Of a stretch of DNA of 64,000 bases, positions 39,440 through 52,650 are shown one piece after another. The translations under genes and the position numbers were made by a program. Positions within the stretch are counted from its first letter, which is position 1. Every line of letters starts with the position of its first letter. The DNA is taken from contig CM052816.1 of the NCBI GenBank assembly GCA_028534125.1, positions 48,982,001-49,046,000 of the forward strand, read 5' to 3'. The DNA is from Lama glama. Lineage: Eukaryota. Under the pieces are notes generated by a model that worked only from the letters and a program-made list of their open reading frames with translations, was not told the origin of the DNA and made no database searches.

Positions 39440-40100
39440 ACTAGGGGAAAAATCACTTCCTAGAAAGTGTAGGAAAATAAAACGCACAAATTAATGCTTT
39501 CATATACTATTGAATGCCATGTGTCTGAAAATATTTTTATTCCTCTCTTATGTTTGATTGTGGGTAGAGAATTCTAACTTTAATTTTTTTCGTATATTGA
39601 AGGCATTGTTCCTTTGCCTTTATGATCAGTATTATGATGAGTGCATTGCCAATATAATACTCATTTCTTTGTTGGTAAACTTACTTCCTAGTCATTGGTA
39701 ATTTTTAAAATCTGTTTTTTATTCTTAGCACATGAAATTTCAGAAAGGTATGTTGAGCATCATTTTTTTCCGATAGGAACTAGTGAGCTCTACTAAACTC
39801 TGATGGTTTTCTTTCTTCAACTCTATTAATTTTTATTATTATTTCTTGAAAATAAATGCTGCCTTTTATTTTCTCTGCTCTCAGATAATGGAACAATTTT
39901 TAACCATAGTTTGTAACTCCAAGATTGATCCACCATGTCTCTTACACTCTCTGGTATCTCCTGCCATTGTGGTGGATATTTAGGAAGATATTCTTGACTT
40001 TATCATGTATACTTTGTATTCAGTTTCTCACTTTTCCAATAATATTTTTAAATTTTCAATAACTATTTTCTAATTACTCATCCTTTTAAGTGTCTCATTC
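39440..40100 (-). mobile_element. Old LINE-1 fragment from the 5'/ORF1 region
   Basis: atgtgtctgaaaatatttttatt, gggtagagaattcta, tgaaggcattgttcc, tgaaatttcagaaaggtatgt. Confidence 0.55.
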
Positions 40101-41340
40101 TTAAATTAACTCTCAGAATTTACTTCATATTGATATTGTAAGCTCCCCTAATGTCAAAGGGTACATTTACTGAAAGACAAGCTATATCTTGAAAGATGTA
40201 GGAGAATTTGACATACTCAAAAAAGAAAGGAAACTCACATATTGTTAAAACAAAAATAGAGGAAAAGTGTCACAGATTTGCTTGGGGAATTGCAATCCAT
40301 TATTTTGTTTGGAATATATCATATAAATTCTGGGATAACCACAATGTAGGACAAATTAGAACCTGACTTTAAAATGTATTTCTTACATGTCTAAAACTTA
40401 GAACCAATTTATTATGTTGTGGGAAGCCAGTGAAGTTTGCATTACTTAAGATAGAAAAAGTTATAAAGTCATGTAAGTATATAGCATAGACATTATAAAA
40501 AATATATTAATTCTCCTTGAGGTAGGCAATTGAAGATGGGAAACTGGGCACAATACCCAATAAGAAGATTTAAATCTAAAGTGAATTACAATGCCATAAG
40601 CAAAATGTATAAGCTAGAAGAAGCTGGTCTGTTAGAGGATGGTAAAGGACCTCCATATGTCACAGACATCCTTTATGTTACACTGTTAGCCTCTGTGATA
40701 AAATTATCTGTTTTTATCACTTGGAAAACTGAGTGACTGAGATGTCAAACTATATTATTTTGGTTGAGAGAAATAGTCCAAAGTTTTTTGTTGTTGTTGT
40801 TTTCTTTGTTTTTGTTTTTGACTATTGAAGAAAATAGATGGATAAGAGAGAGATGTCAAAAGACTTTGAAGCAAGGAGATTCTATAGTATTTCCTGTAAT
40901 TTATCTTGCTTTTTACTACACTATCTTGCTTAAATCACTCATGCTACTATAGAAGATTATGCTATCTATTATCAATGAGGCCCTTGGGTAATTTTTTTCT
41001 ACGCCCAATAGCAATCTTAACATTAGATTTAAATATTAAGAAAGTTCCCTTCTGGAATGGAGAAGCTCCAAAGTGCTTCAGAGTTTCCCAGGTCAATGAC
41101 AAATGACATTTATTTATAAGTTTCAGTAACCTAAGAAGAGTATTAATACCTAACTACTTAGGGGAAAAAATAATATATTTCCATAAGCAAAAATTCAGTA
41201 ATGAAATATTTATAGAATTTATATTGCTATAACTTAATACTTGCATTTTGGTATGCTTAAAAATTAACAGAATTATTTTGTCACAAATCAAATAATTTTA
41301 TTTTCTTCTTCCAAAATATCCAGCACTGATTCCCCTTAGC

Positions 41341-41441
41341 GCTCATTTTACAGACTCTTAATGTTTTGTTGTCACACCAAACTCATTCTGGCTCCATTTT
41401 ACAGACTCTTAATGTTTTGTTGTCACACCAAACTCATTCTG
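41341..41441. repeat. Near-perfect tandem duplication (50 bp + 51 bp)
   Basis: gctc(c)attttacagactcttaatgttttgttgtcacaccaaactcattctg occurs twice; the copies differ by one base. Confidence 0.97.
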
Positions 41442-41444
41442 TTT

Positions 41445-41855
41445 GCTTTCCTCTGGACTCTGGACTCTGTTGGTCCAGATATTCCCATTACTAATGCTCC
41501 ACACATTTCTGGTTCGTCTCTGTTAGAACAGCATTTGCTTTTGGAGATTTTTTCTCTCATCACTTAATCTAAAATAATACTCCCGCCTCCATTCAATCTA
41601 TCTCTTGTTCTCAAGTTTCTTCTCAGTACTAAGTTAATTACTTCTTTATTTCTATAGTTGCTTGGCATCAGTCCCCTCTTATTAAAAGGTAAATTCCAGG
41701 GGAAGAGGAATTTTTTTCTGGAGACTGAAGGCAGAGTTCGTGATTTGCATCCCCTGATATTTTTCCTTACCTCTCCATTGTCCAGTGACCTGGGTAGTGC
41801 TGTTTGGTACAGGTAAGGTCTTCTGCCACCTAATCTAAATGAATGACTGAAAGAA
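41445..41855 (+). mobile_element. Degenerate L2 3' region
   Basis: aatctaaaataatactccc, gtaaattccaggggaagagg and a terminal aaatgaatgactgaa. Confidence 0.45.
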
Positions 41856-42878
41856 TACAGCAGGTTTTGTCAAATAATTCTTAATATTAGAGTGTCAGGA
41901 AATTGTTAACACAGTAGTTTGCGTTCAGCCTGTTTCATTTTGTTTTCAAATCTCTCATGTTTGCCACGTTTTACTCATCCATTTATATGAGTCCTTGTTT
42001 AATCCTCTCTTTCAACCTGTGGATTCTTTTAGTCATCAGTTTGTACTTTTTTGTGAATTAGTATTACAGTTTACTGCCTCTTCAGTCTTACCTTTGCCAG
42101 ACTAGTTAAGATTCTGTTTACTTCATACCTATACTGTAAAACCAACTCCTATTAGATGTTACATCCCAATAATTACCCTGTGCCCTGATCCCTATTCCTT
42201 ATATGATGGATGTCTAATTTCCTATTCTGATGCTCAAATCTTGGACTAAACTGCTTTTCCTGCACCATTTCCTCACTGTCCCCTGCTGCCCTTTATTAAT
42301 GCTTTATTAATTGTTGGTCTTGCTATTTCTTACTTTTATGTGTTTTAGTTTCCTTTCACTATGTAAAACTTTTTTTTCTCTTTCCTTTCATCTGTCCTTC
42401 CAATATTCAGTTCTTGATGTACTTCCATTGATGTTTTCCCCATTGACTCCATTTTCCAATATTCTTTATTGAAATACAATATTTTATATATGATAATATC
42501 TTACCAGTGTACTTAGTGGTACTACATACTTGTTATTGATTGATTAGTATTCTCCTCACTCTAAATTGTTACCCGTAGCCCTTTGAAATATAAATACATG
42601 CATAGAAACTTAAGTCAAACCCTAACCCAAACCCTGGTGTTTAAAACTTAATAATTTGATTATCCCACTATTGCTCTGGATGTAAGTCTTTTCTTGTTTT
42701 TTAAACACCCAAGTCTCCAAGAGTTGATGATGAAGTATTTATCTTTAAATACAATTTCTGACATGGTGCAAATGTGGTATTGGTACCTTTATTGTGTGAT
42801 AAGTAAAAATTAGTAAAGCATAGAAGATAAAACTAAGGAAGAGACTCACCAAATAGAAGGATGGATCTATATATTTGA

Positions 42879-42880
<2 letters not shown>

Positions 42881-42919
<39 letters not shown>
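42881..42919. repeat. (CA)n microsatellite
   Basis: Direct reading of the sequence. Confidence 0.98.
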
Positions 42920-43974
42920 AGTTATATTTAAGAGATAACCATAGAAAAATGATAAAAGAAACTAAAAGTCTGTGAGATTAATGGTTTCTCCCTGAGTGCT
43001 TTTCTGGTTGGAACAGATATGCAGTTTTTATCTGGGTAAAGCCATTGCTGACAATTTTGCTCTAACTTGCTCAACATCAGGTGTTATGAGGTTATCTCTA
43101 GCACATTCTGAAGTAATTGATTTCTGTGTAATAGAAAATTCTCTTGAATACAGTGTACTTAAATAATCTAAACAAATTGACTAAAAACAGACATAAAATT
43201 AGACTAAAGATGGTAAACAGACAAGGTAAACTTTATTTGGGGGAAGTAGAGTCTCTGGCTGATAAGTCTTGTTTTTGATGTGAGATTTTTAAGTATGGGT
43301 AATAATTATCAACTTAAGACCAGGTTATTTCTTTGGGTCACTAAATGAGTATAAATGAAATCCAAATATGAATAACAAGTGTACATGGAGTGCAATTCTG
43401 CCATGATGCAGCAAACCAGCAATCAGAGTTTTTATCACAATGATAATAACATTTAAAAATGTTAGAATTTAGTATTCTGGCAGTGTAAAAAGTTCTGAAA
43501 AAGGAAGATGACTAAAATTTTAAAATATGTGGTGGCCCCTGTAGTATTATTTATACTTTATTTAGTCAAGAGTATACAATCATGATAGTTAAAACCAATG
43601 AAATACAAGGACAAATTAAAAATTACATAGTATTCAAATAGTATTTAATAAAAAGGACAAGGGTGCTAGAAAGTGCTAGAAAATTTCTTTGCATCTATTC
43701 AGGCATCCAGGGACAGGTGCTTAAACAGCTTCCAAACAGACTGATGTAACTGTCAAAATTAAATATACTTTATATTTGCTTTTGAAATGGGCTTTCAGTT
43801 TTAATTTTGAAAATAATTGAGTTATTCAGAAAAACAGTTTTAGTGGTTTGTTGACTGAAATGTGCAGTGATTTGTCTTTCGTTCTTTTTACCCCTGCAAC
43901 TGTACTTCTCCTTGCCCTTGCAGAACAACTACAACATCTGGTTAGCATCTGATATATTCTGAGTAGAGATAACA

Positions 43975-44128
43975 TACTGTACTGTTTTGACCTTTTCAAT
44001 ATTCTGCACTTTAATTGGCTGTACATTCTATATCTTCCCTACAGGTTAGTGGGACAGCAAGCAAGGGAAAAATGCAGTGAGTAGCCAATCAAATAATAGA
44101 ACATTGAAAAGGTCAAAGCTGTATAGTA
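43975..44128. repeat. Imperfect palindrome with ~65-bp arms and a 23-nt loop
   Basis: The left arm 43975-44040 matches the reverse complement of 44064-44128 at 49 of 66 positions by hand alignment, with a perfect 15-bp core tttgaccttttcaat. Confidence 0.9.
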
Positions 44129-46439
44129 GAATCCTGTAATTGACAAGAATGTATGAAACATTAAAAGTCTCCCACATCCTGCTTATGACAAAGACTGTAA
44201 TGAAGCAGAAAATGGCACCACGTAAATCTGTTCATATGACAATCATTGTTCTGAAAATTGAGAATATAATTTAACACATTCCAATTACAATTTTTAAGAT
44301 TGTATTATTTTAGTATCCCACAGATTTTGTAGTGGGGTTAAATTGCACTTAGCAGAACTACTTGTTTAGCAGTAGATACTCAGTTCAACACAGAATAACA
44401 TATCAATCTTAAATTTACATAGGTCTACACTTATAAAAATCCAGAGAGATTAATTTGCATAAAGAATACTTTTATGTAGGACTCACTAAACTTACTTGAA
44501 AAACTTAGGGAAACTTTTTTTTTTTAAGGAGGAAACCAAACTAATATAAGAGAGGTGTCTACATTTTCACAGAAGTTGTCTTTGCTGATGATAAAAACTG
44601 GACTCAGGGTTCCCTAAGTTAAAGCTACAGGGCCTGACACTGGAACACTGGAAATATATTCTGCTATCTGGTTTTTAGATTATAATCAAGGAAGACGGTT
44701 TTGGTCAAGGAATTGACCTAGAAGCCATATTTTAAGTCTCTTTTCTTAGAACTTTTACTCCCTTGACCGCACACATCTAGAGGAGATCAACTGGAAAAGA
44801 GAAAGAGAAAAAAACAACTTTACAGAATTTTAGCAAGTGATATTGTAATGAATGTTGGCATAATTCAAAGGAAATGAATGCAAAGCTTACAATTAATTGT
44901 TGTAGAACATGAGATTTGACACCTATACTTGCAGTCAGATTTTTAAGAATGGCCATGCTTATCGCACACAGTCTTTAATAATAGCTAATATATAGATGCA
45001 GAGAGAAAGAGGTTAGTGTGTTTATAATTTATCTTCAGATGCTGTTTTGTTTATTTGTTAGTAGGTTGATTGGAAGAAGAGTTTAGAAAAAAATAGAAAA
45101 CTATATGTAAATATTTAAAATTTCCTGAGAATGTCTTTTTATTTTAAATCTATAGATTTATGGAGTCCAGAAATTGTTTACTTTTTTCTGGAAAAAAATA
45201 TAGTTGCTTCCATGCTTTTACTCTCAACCAGAATAATACCAGATATTTGATTTATTTGTATTAAAAAACTTTCATCTCTCCTTCTTGATTAAATTGTGTG
45301 AATTTAGAAAAGCATAGGCACCAACATCTCCCCCCACGGGTAAATAGGTATGGTTTGACATTAAATTTGCCAGGCATTAAGTATACTTACATTAGATATG
45401 TCAAATCAGACTGATTTTCTAGTAACATTAAGTACGTGTTTTTGGTTTTTGTTATTTTGGCAATCATAGATTTGGGTCTGCCGTGACAGAACTCATTCTA
45501 TTGCTTCATAATTGAAATTCATTTCACTTTTGAAATACTGTTTCCACTGATTTGGGAGTTCTGGGAAGCTAGTCAATTTCTGTTTGTTTTAGAATTGACA
45601 ACATTTTTTGTTTTTTGCATCCATTTTCAGTTGCATTCACATACTTCACAGTACTAGTATAGCAGTGGCAGTCACATATTGTCCTGACTTAAGGGAAGTG
45701 GAATGTTATCCAGGTATCACTCTCTGTCCTCCTGAGCATCTCTGAAGTGTACACTGTTGGAATTATACTTTGAATTGACTTTATCAGCTTTTGTGACAGG
45801 TATCAGTGGACAAATGTCATGACCTCTCTTCATGAAGTCTAAATATTTTGCTTATTTCTCATCTTAATCCTGTGTTCCTTTGATTCGTTCCAATGTCATT
45901 CTTGTAGTCACTTTGACTAAATGAGTTCTGAGAAATTCAAAGGAGATCATTGGAAATTCTTCTCTAATACCCTGTGACAGTGTCTAACAAGACCTTTCTG
46001 CTCATCAACCCAAATACTTTCTTCAGAAATACTTGTTAATCATGACCTAGGTACCATATTTTTGTAAAATACATAGTAGGCTTATGGCTTTCCTGGGCCA
46101 AATCCTGGATATCAATGCATGTATATGTTCTTAGATTTCTTTAAATCAAGTGAGACTAACTGGATTTTTTTGTTTTCCATGCACCAGTATATTACCTCAA
46201 ACCATGGTCTTCCATCAGTATTCACTCCCCTTTACGTCATGTTCAGCATAAAAACTTCATATTCTCCTGGCCTCGCCCTTGAAATAAAAAGCCAAGCATC
46301 AAAATTACAAATTATTGCTCTCTTTTAGAGCCCTGGTTTTTACAATTTGAGATCATTTTAGCATTCAGATTATTGTCTCTGATACTTGATAGTTATGAAA
46401 GCTCAAACACAGTTTACTCAACAGCCACATCAGACATGA

Positions 46440-46855
46440 TATGTATAAAAGGTGGGAGGTGAATAATAGATTAAAAGTGATTTAACAGACATATCAATCA
46501 AATTAATGCACATTTGATCTTGTTCAGATTCTGATTAAAATAAAGCAACTATAAAAATTTATTGAGACATTTCATTAAAATAATTTAGATGTGATTATTA
46601 TATGATTAGCTTAAGAAAACAGTATCTGTCATTTAGAAATACAGGCTAAATATTTTCAGATTAAATGATATGATCTATGAGATTTTCTTTAAGAAAATAT
46701 AAAACAAAAATTAAATGCGTGTATGGTGGGTAGATGGATATGTGAAATAAGATTGGCCAAAAGATTGATAATTATTGAAACTTTATTATGAGTGCATGGG
46801 GAATTCATTATTTTATCTTACTGTTTTGATACTAATATTTATAATAATTTTTAAT
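46440..46855 (+). mobile_element. Old LINE-1 3' end (L1MC4/L1ME-like)
   Basis: atagattaaaagtgatttaacagacatatcaatcaaat, aataagattggccaaaagattgataattattgaa. Confidence 0.7.
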
Positions 46856-46857
46856 TC

Positions 46858-47510
46858 TACTTCTTGTCATGGTAGAATATCTTACATCAGGCTAAACATT
46901 CTTATGGGGATTAAAAACCTGTAACCACTTTCAAAAAAAACACTACTTGAAGACACTGTAAGTCGATGAAAAGCAGGAAGAAACTGGAGATATAGCCTTT
47001 GAAAGTAGAGAGACATGTCACATGAGACCTATATTTGTAACTTTTCCATTGAGCACAGATCCAAGACAATGAAGCACCTTAAGACCATAGCTCAAGTAGT
47101 AGATGCTAATCTTATGCGCTCAGAGTTCAGGGATCCTAGTATAACTGTTAAGTAAAAGGAGGGTATTGGACAGTAGAGAGCCTAAGAGGAAGCCCTAATA
47201 TGAATATGAACTCCCATTTATCCTTGGGATTACAAAATTGCTCACATACAGGTTATGGAGTCAAGAAGCCTAACAGAAAACAAAGATAAGTGGGAAATGT
47301 CAGCCAGTGCACACTACCTGGGATAAAAGTTTAGTATTCAAGTCCTGAAAAGTTGGTTGCATTTAGCTGTCTATTAAAATGCCAGATAAACTGTTGTTTA
47401 GGAATGAGGACCTATGTCAGGAATGAGATCGGAACACCAGCTCTAAGGAAATGATCAAAATAGACTTGTCCTATTAAAGACTAAAAGCAAGCATTTACTC
47501 AACTAAGATG
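46858..47510 (+). mobile_element. Probable old L1 or HAL1 5'-region fragment
   Basis: Higher-GC block with cttgaagacactg...aaaagcaggaagaaactggag. Family uncertain. Confidence 0.4.
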
Positions 47511-47515
47511 ATTCC

Positions 47516-47871
47516 TTTTTTTTTTTTAATGAGGTATTGTTGACTTACGATGTTGTGTTAGTTTTTAGTGTACAGTATACTGATTCAGTTACATGTACAC
47601 AAAGAGACTCACAGACAGAAAACAAACATGGTTACCAAAGGGGAAAAGGGTAGGGGAAGGGATAAATTAGGAGTTTGGGATTAGCACATATAAACTACAG
47701 TATATAGAATAGATAAACAACAAGGTCTTGATGTATAGCACAGGGAACTACATTCACTATCTGTAATAACCTGTAATTAAAAAGAATATACATATATGTA
47801 TGTATAAATGAATAACTATACATACCCCAGAAACTAACACATTATAAATCAACTATACTTCATTAGAAAAA
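47516..47871. mobile_element. Head-to-head pair of L1 3' termini (minus 47516-~47600, plus ~47600-47871)
   Basis: Poly-T plus antisense terminus, then agagactcacagac...gggataaattaggagtttgggattag...aactatacttcattagaaaaa. Confidence 0.9.
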
Positions 47872-50660
47872 TCAGATAGTTAGAAGTAAAGTAACAAATT
47901 CTAACTATACATTCTAAATTAATATATGTCACTGTGAAACAATGTGTTTATGCAGTATAATAATAATATAAAGTTAAAAAACAAAACAATTTAGAATGTC
48001 TCAGATTAATATTGTGTAATATGTAATAGGATATATAATAACGAGTTTCATGTGATTTGAGTGACTTTAGTGTTTATTAGATATCTTTTAAAGAATTGCT
48101 TACATTCATGATTGAAAATTGAGAATATGGAATACATATAAATGTTGATATTGTAAATGGTATGGTACATCTTAATTATCTTATTTAACATCTCTTTTAA
48201 TTATCATTGTGGGCATCATGACATTACTAATATAGAAAATTCTCTTTAAATTATCTAGCCATGTATCTTAATTGGGAATTTAGGAGAAGTGTCCTTATGG
48301 GTGCACTGCACTATTAACATTTCATGATAGTCTTTTAACTAAATTCAAAGACAATATCTATTTTTACTATTTAAGTCATAGTGTGTGCTTTCTGCTGTTG
48401 ACAACACAAGGATGTCAGATGAAATGCCTCGAGAATCGAACCCTTAAGAAGTGGTAGCACTTTACAGTTTGTCAGAGGCCTACCATACACACTGAAACAG
48501 TAATTCATGAAAGCTGCCCTGTGAGGACAGCAGGGGAGACACTGTCATTCCAGTCCTTTCCTACTAGCTTCACAGCACCACCTGCCCTGAACATACCTGC
48601 TGAGAAGGCTGGGGTCATGGAGGAATCCAAAGGTCATGCTTCTGGTTTCAGTACAGCTTTAAAGGAGATAAAAGAACTTAGATGGAAATTTGCTCTGTGT
48701 ATTTTCTCAGCGAAAAGAAAGTGAGTCTTCCAAAACCCTGTATAAGAAGTGAAAAAATAAAAATTTAAAAAAGAACATTTAGTCTGCAGCTAAAATAGCA
48801 CAAAGACAACTTATAATCATAGGAGTTGAAAGTCAGTAAATACATTGTAGTTCTTTTCCAAAGAGCTCAACTGGGATACTACTTGTTTAGTAATGTGTAA
48901 AGAGTAACAGTACTTATGATTTTTAAAAGCTCTGTTTGAGGTGGTCAGAAAATGAGACTACAGTGTTGAATTAAAGTATAAGGCAAACAGCAGCCTTTTG
49001 AAATCATAAATCTAAGGTACAATTTGAGGACTGAGGTTTATTTTTTTCCGAGTGGGCTATTGGTGAGCCTAGGCATACCATTCTTAGGAACTGAACCAAG
49101 GCTCACAGAGTCGTTATAAATTTTGTATGTTTCAAATCTAGTGAGGTTCACAAGTGGGGAATTTGCATTCTGTTGCAATACCAATTGTATTAACAGATGT
49201 TTAAGGATGAATGTTCCAAACCAAAGGCATTTGTTTTATATTTTCAGCATCATTTTTTTTCTCTCCACATATGTCAAAACAATTCTGAACAGCATGCTTT
49301 CCAAACTGCTAGTGATTTCTTTAGAGAAATAACTTCAGAAGCAAAAGTAATTAAATAAGCAAATAAAGTTTGTATAAAATTAGAACCTATTCAAGTAGAA
49401 CAGAATTTTTTGTTAGAAGCTAGTAAATAGGGAAAGCAGTTAATTCATTTCAGTTTCTTTCCACAGATATTAATGTTCTTTGTACTAAAATGGCTTATGT
49501 ATTCTTATCCACATCTTAATAGTTGTCGTAATAGAACTGTTCCTGTGGCGAAGAAAATTTTCACCTTTTGTATCACTGTTTTTGTATGATTTTTAAGTTT
49601 ACAATTTTTAAAAATAAATAGACTCATGAATGAGCATGCTGTACATGCAGAATTAGTGCCAACTTATTATTTGGCATTCTCCAAGGCATGTGATTTCCCT
49701 GTGTTTCCCCACTGTGTGAACTATCAACTGACAATCTGCAGGGCCTAATGTGTACGGGCAACTGTCATCATACATATCTGTGAGTGAAAATTCACAGGAT
49801 AGATCATTCTCTCTACACCCAAATCAGGAAACTTAGATCATGTTAAGCTGTAGAGTCCACATTTTAAAGCCTTTAGAGAATTGTCCACTATTTGGAATAT
49901 TCTCCTTTGTAAATAGGCTTAATTATAGTTCATTGACAATGATCCAGTGCAGAAAACTTTTAGAATATGTGCTCATCTGTTTCCTGTCCATCTTCTCCTT
50001 AAGACTCCAAGTACCTCTGAGAATCTTGAGGGAATGCCTGGAAAAGAAACAGGCTCTTGGCAAAGATATTGATTGGAATTGGTCTTTGAATTCTCCAGAC
50101 AACACATTTGCACAGCAAAGGAACTTAGAAAGGAATCTCCATCAACCATAATTCTATAGAGGTGGTCACTATGAAAGACCTATAATAAATTACACCATAT
50201 AAATAAGAATATTTACTGAACAGCATTTTATATTTTATTAATTAGTTAAATGCAGTTTGTGTTGTCATAATCCATTGTAGCCAGTGATGCAATAAATGTC
50301 AGTTTTTTTAAAACATTTTTTATTGATTTATAATCATTTTACAATGTTGTGTCAAATTCCAGTGTAGAGCACAATTTTTCAGTTATACATGAATGTATAT
50401 ATATATTCATAGTCACAGTTTTTTCTCTGTGAGCTACCATAAGATCTTGTATATATTTGCCTGTGCTATACAGTATAATCTTGTTTATCTGTTCTACATT
50501 TTGAAATCCCAGTCTATCCCTTCCCACCCCCTGCCCCCTTGGCACCACAGGTTTGTATTTTATGTCTATAAATCTGTTTCTGTTTTGTATTTATGTTTTT
50601 GTTTCTGTCTTTTTTTTTTTAGATTCCACATATGAGTGATCTTATATCGTATGTTCCTTT

Positions 50661-52650
50661 CTATTTCTGGCTTACTTCACTTAGAATGACATTCTCCAGG
50701 AACATCCATGTTGCTGCAAATGGCGTTATGTTGTCAGTTTTTATGGCTGAATAGTATTCCATTATATAAATATACCACCTCTTCTTTATCCAGTCATTTG
50801 TTGATGGACATTTAGGCTGTTTCATTGTCTTGGCTATTGTAAATAGTGCTGATATGAACATTGGGGTGCAGGTGTCATTTTGAAGTAGGGTTCCTTCTGG
50901 ATATATGCCCAGGAGCAGGATTCCTGGGTCATGTGGTAAGTGTATTCCTAGTCTTTTGAGGAATCTCCATACTGTTCTCCACAGTGGCTGTACCAAACTG
51001 CATTCCCACCAGCAGTGTAGGAGAGTTCCCTTTTCTCCAAAGCCTCTCCAGCAATTGTCATTTATGGATTTTTGAATGATGGCCATTCTGACTGGTGTGA
51101 GGTGATATCTCATTGTAGTTTTGATTTCCATTTCTCTGATAATTAGTGATATTGAACATTTTTTTATGTGCCTATTGATCATTTGTATTTCTTCCTTGGA
51201 GAATTGCTTGTTTAGGTCTTCTGCCCNNNNNNNNNNNNNNNNNNNNNNNNNNNNNNNNNNNNNNNNNNNNNNNNNNNNNNNNNNNNNNNNNNNNNNNNNN
51301 NNNNNNNNNNNNNNNNNNNNNNNNNNGCTTATATATTCTGGAGATCAAGCCTTTGTTGGTTTAATTTGCAAAAATTTTCTCCCATTCCGTAGGTTGTCTT
51401 TTTGTTTTACTTATGGTTTCCTTTGCTCTGCAGAAGCTTTTAAGTTTCATTAGGTCCCATTTGTTTATTCTTGCTTTTATTTCTATTGCTTGGATAGACT
51501 GTTCTAGGAGAACATTTTTGAGATGTATGTCAGATAATGTTTTGCCTATATTTTCTTCTAGGAGGTTTACTGTATCTTTTCTTATGTTTAAGTCTTTGAT
51601 CCATTTTGAGTTGATTTTTGTGTATGGTGTAAGGGAGTGTTCTAGCTTCATTGCTTTACATGCTGCTGTCCAGCTTTTCCAACACCATTTGCTGAAGAGA
51701 CTGTCTTTATTCCATTGTATATTCTTGCCTCCTTTGTCGAAGATTAGTTGACCAGAAGTTTGTGGGTTCATTTCTGGGCTCTCTGTTCTGTTCCATTGGT
51801 CTGTATGTCTGTTTTTGTACCCATACCATGCTGTCTTGATGACTGTACCTCTATAATTGTCTGAAATCTGGGAGAGTTATTCCTCCAGCCTCTTTCTTTT
51901 TCTTCAGTAATGCTTTGGCAATTCTAGGTCTTTGATGGTTCCATATAAATTTTATTATGATTTGTTCTAGTTCTGTGAAATATGTCCTGGGTAATTTGCT
52001 AGAGATTGCATTAAATCTGTAGATTGCCTTGGGCAGTGTGACCATTTTAACAATATTGATTCTTCCAATCCAAGGGCATGGGATACCTTTCCATTTTTTA
52101 AAATCTTCTTTAATTTCTTTCATCAATGGTTTACAGTTTTCTGTGTATAATTCTTTCACCTCCTTGGTTAGAGTTATTCCTAGGTATTTTATTACTTTGG
52201 GTGCTATTTTAAAGGGGATTGTTTCTTTACTTTCTTTTTCTGTTGATTCCCCTTAGAGTAAAGAAATGCAACTGATTTTTGAACATTAATTTTGTAACCT
52301 GCTACCTTGCTGAATTCTTCGATCAGCTCTAGTAGTTTTTGTGTGGACCTTTTAGGGTTTTCTATATATAGTAGCATGTCGTTGGCATGTAGTGACACTT
52401 TTACCTCTTCTTTTCCCATTTGGATCCCTTTTATTTCCCTCTCTTGCCTGATTACTGTGGCTAAGACTTCCAAGACTATGTTTAATAGGAGTGGTGATAG
52501 TGGGCAGCCTTGTCTTGTCCCAGATTTTAGTGGGAAACTTTTGAGTTTTTCACTGTTGAATACTGTGCTGGCTGTAAGTTTGTCATATATAGCTTTTATG
52601 ATGTTGAGATATGTTCCCTCTATACCTACTTTAGTGAGAGTTTTTATCAT
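50661..52650 (-). pseudogene. Disrupted L1 ORF2p (RT and Cys-rich domains), in four pieces
   Basis: [48 protein letters not shown]. Frame breaks between pieces; the catalytic F/YADD motif reads HAND; the second Cys of the CCHC motif reads F. Confidence 0.97.
51227..51326. other. Assembly gap (100 N)
   Basis: Run of exactly 100 N inside the L1. Confidence 1.

Noticed and set aside
45351..45408. Nested short inverted repeats (tggtttgacat/atgtcaaatca around taagtatactta)
   Set aside because: The arms are short, AT-rich and not coaxial, which is compatible with chance.
48521..48726. 67-aa ORF ending at an AAA|GTGAGT donor-like site
   Set aside because: GTG start, no recognisable protein and no supporting promoter or partner exon.
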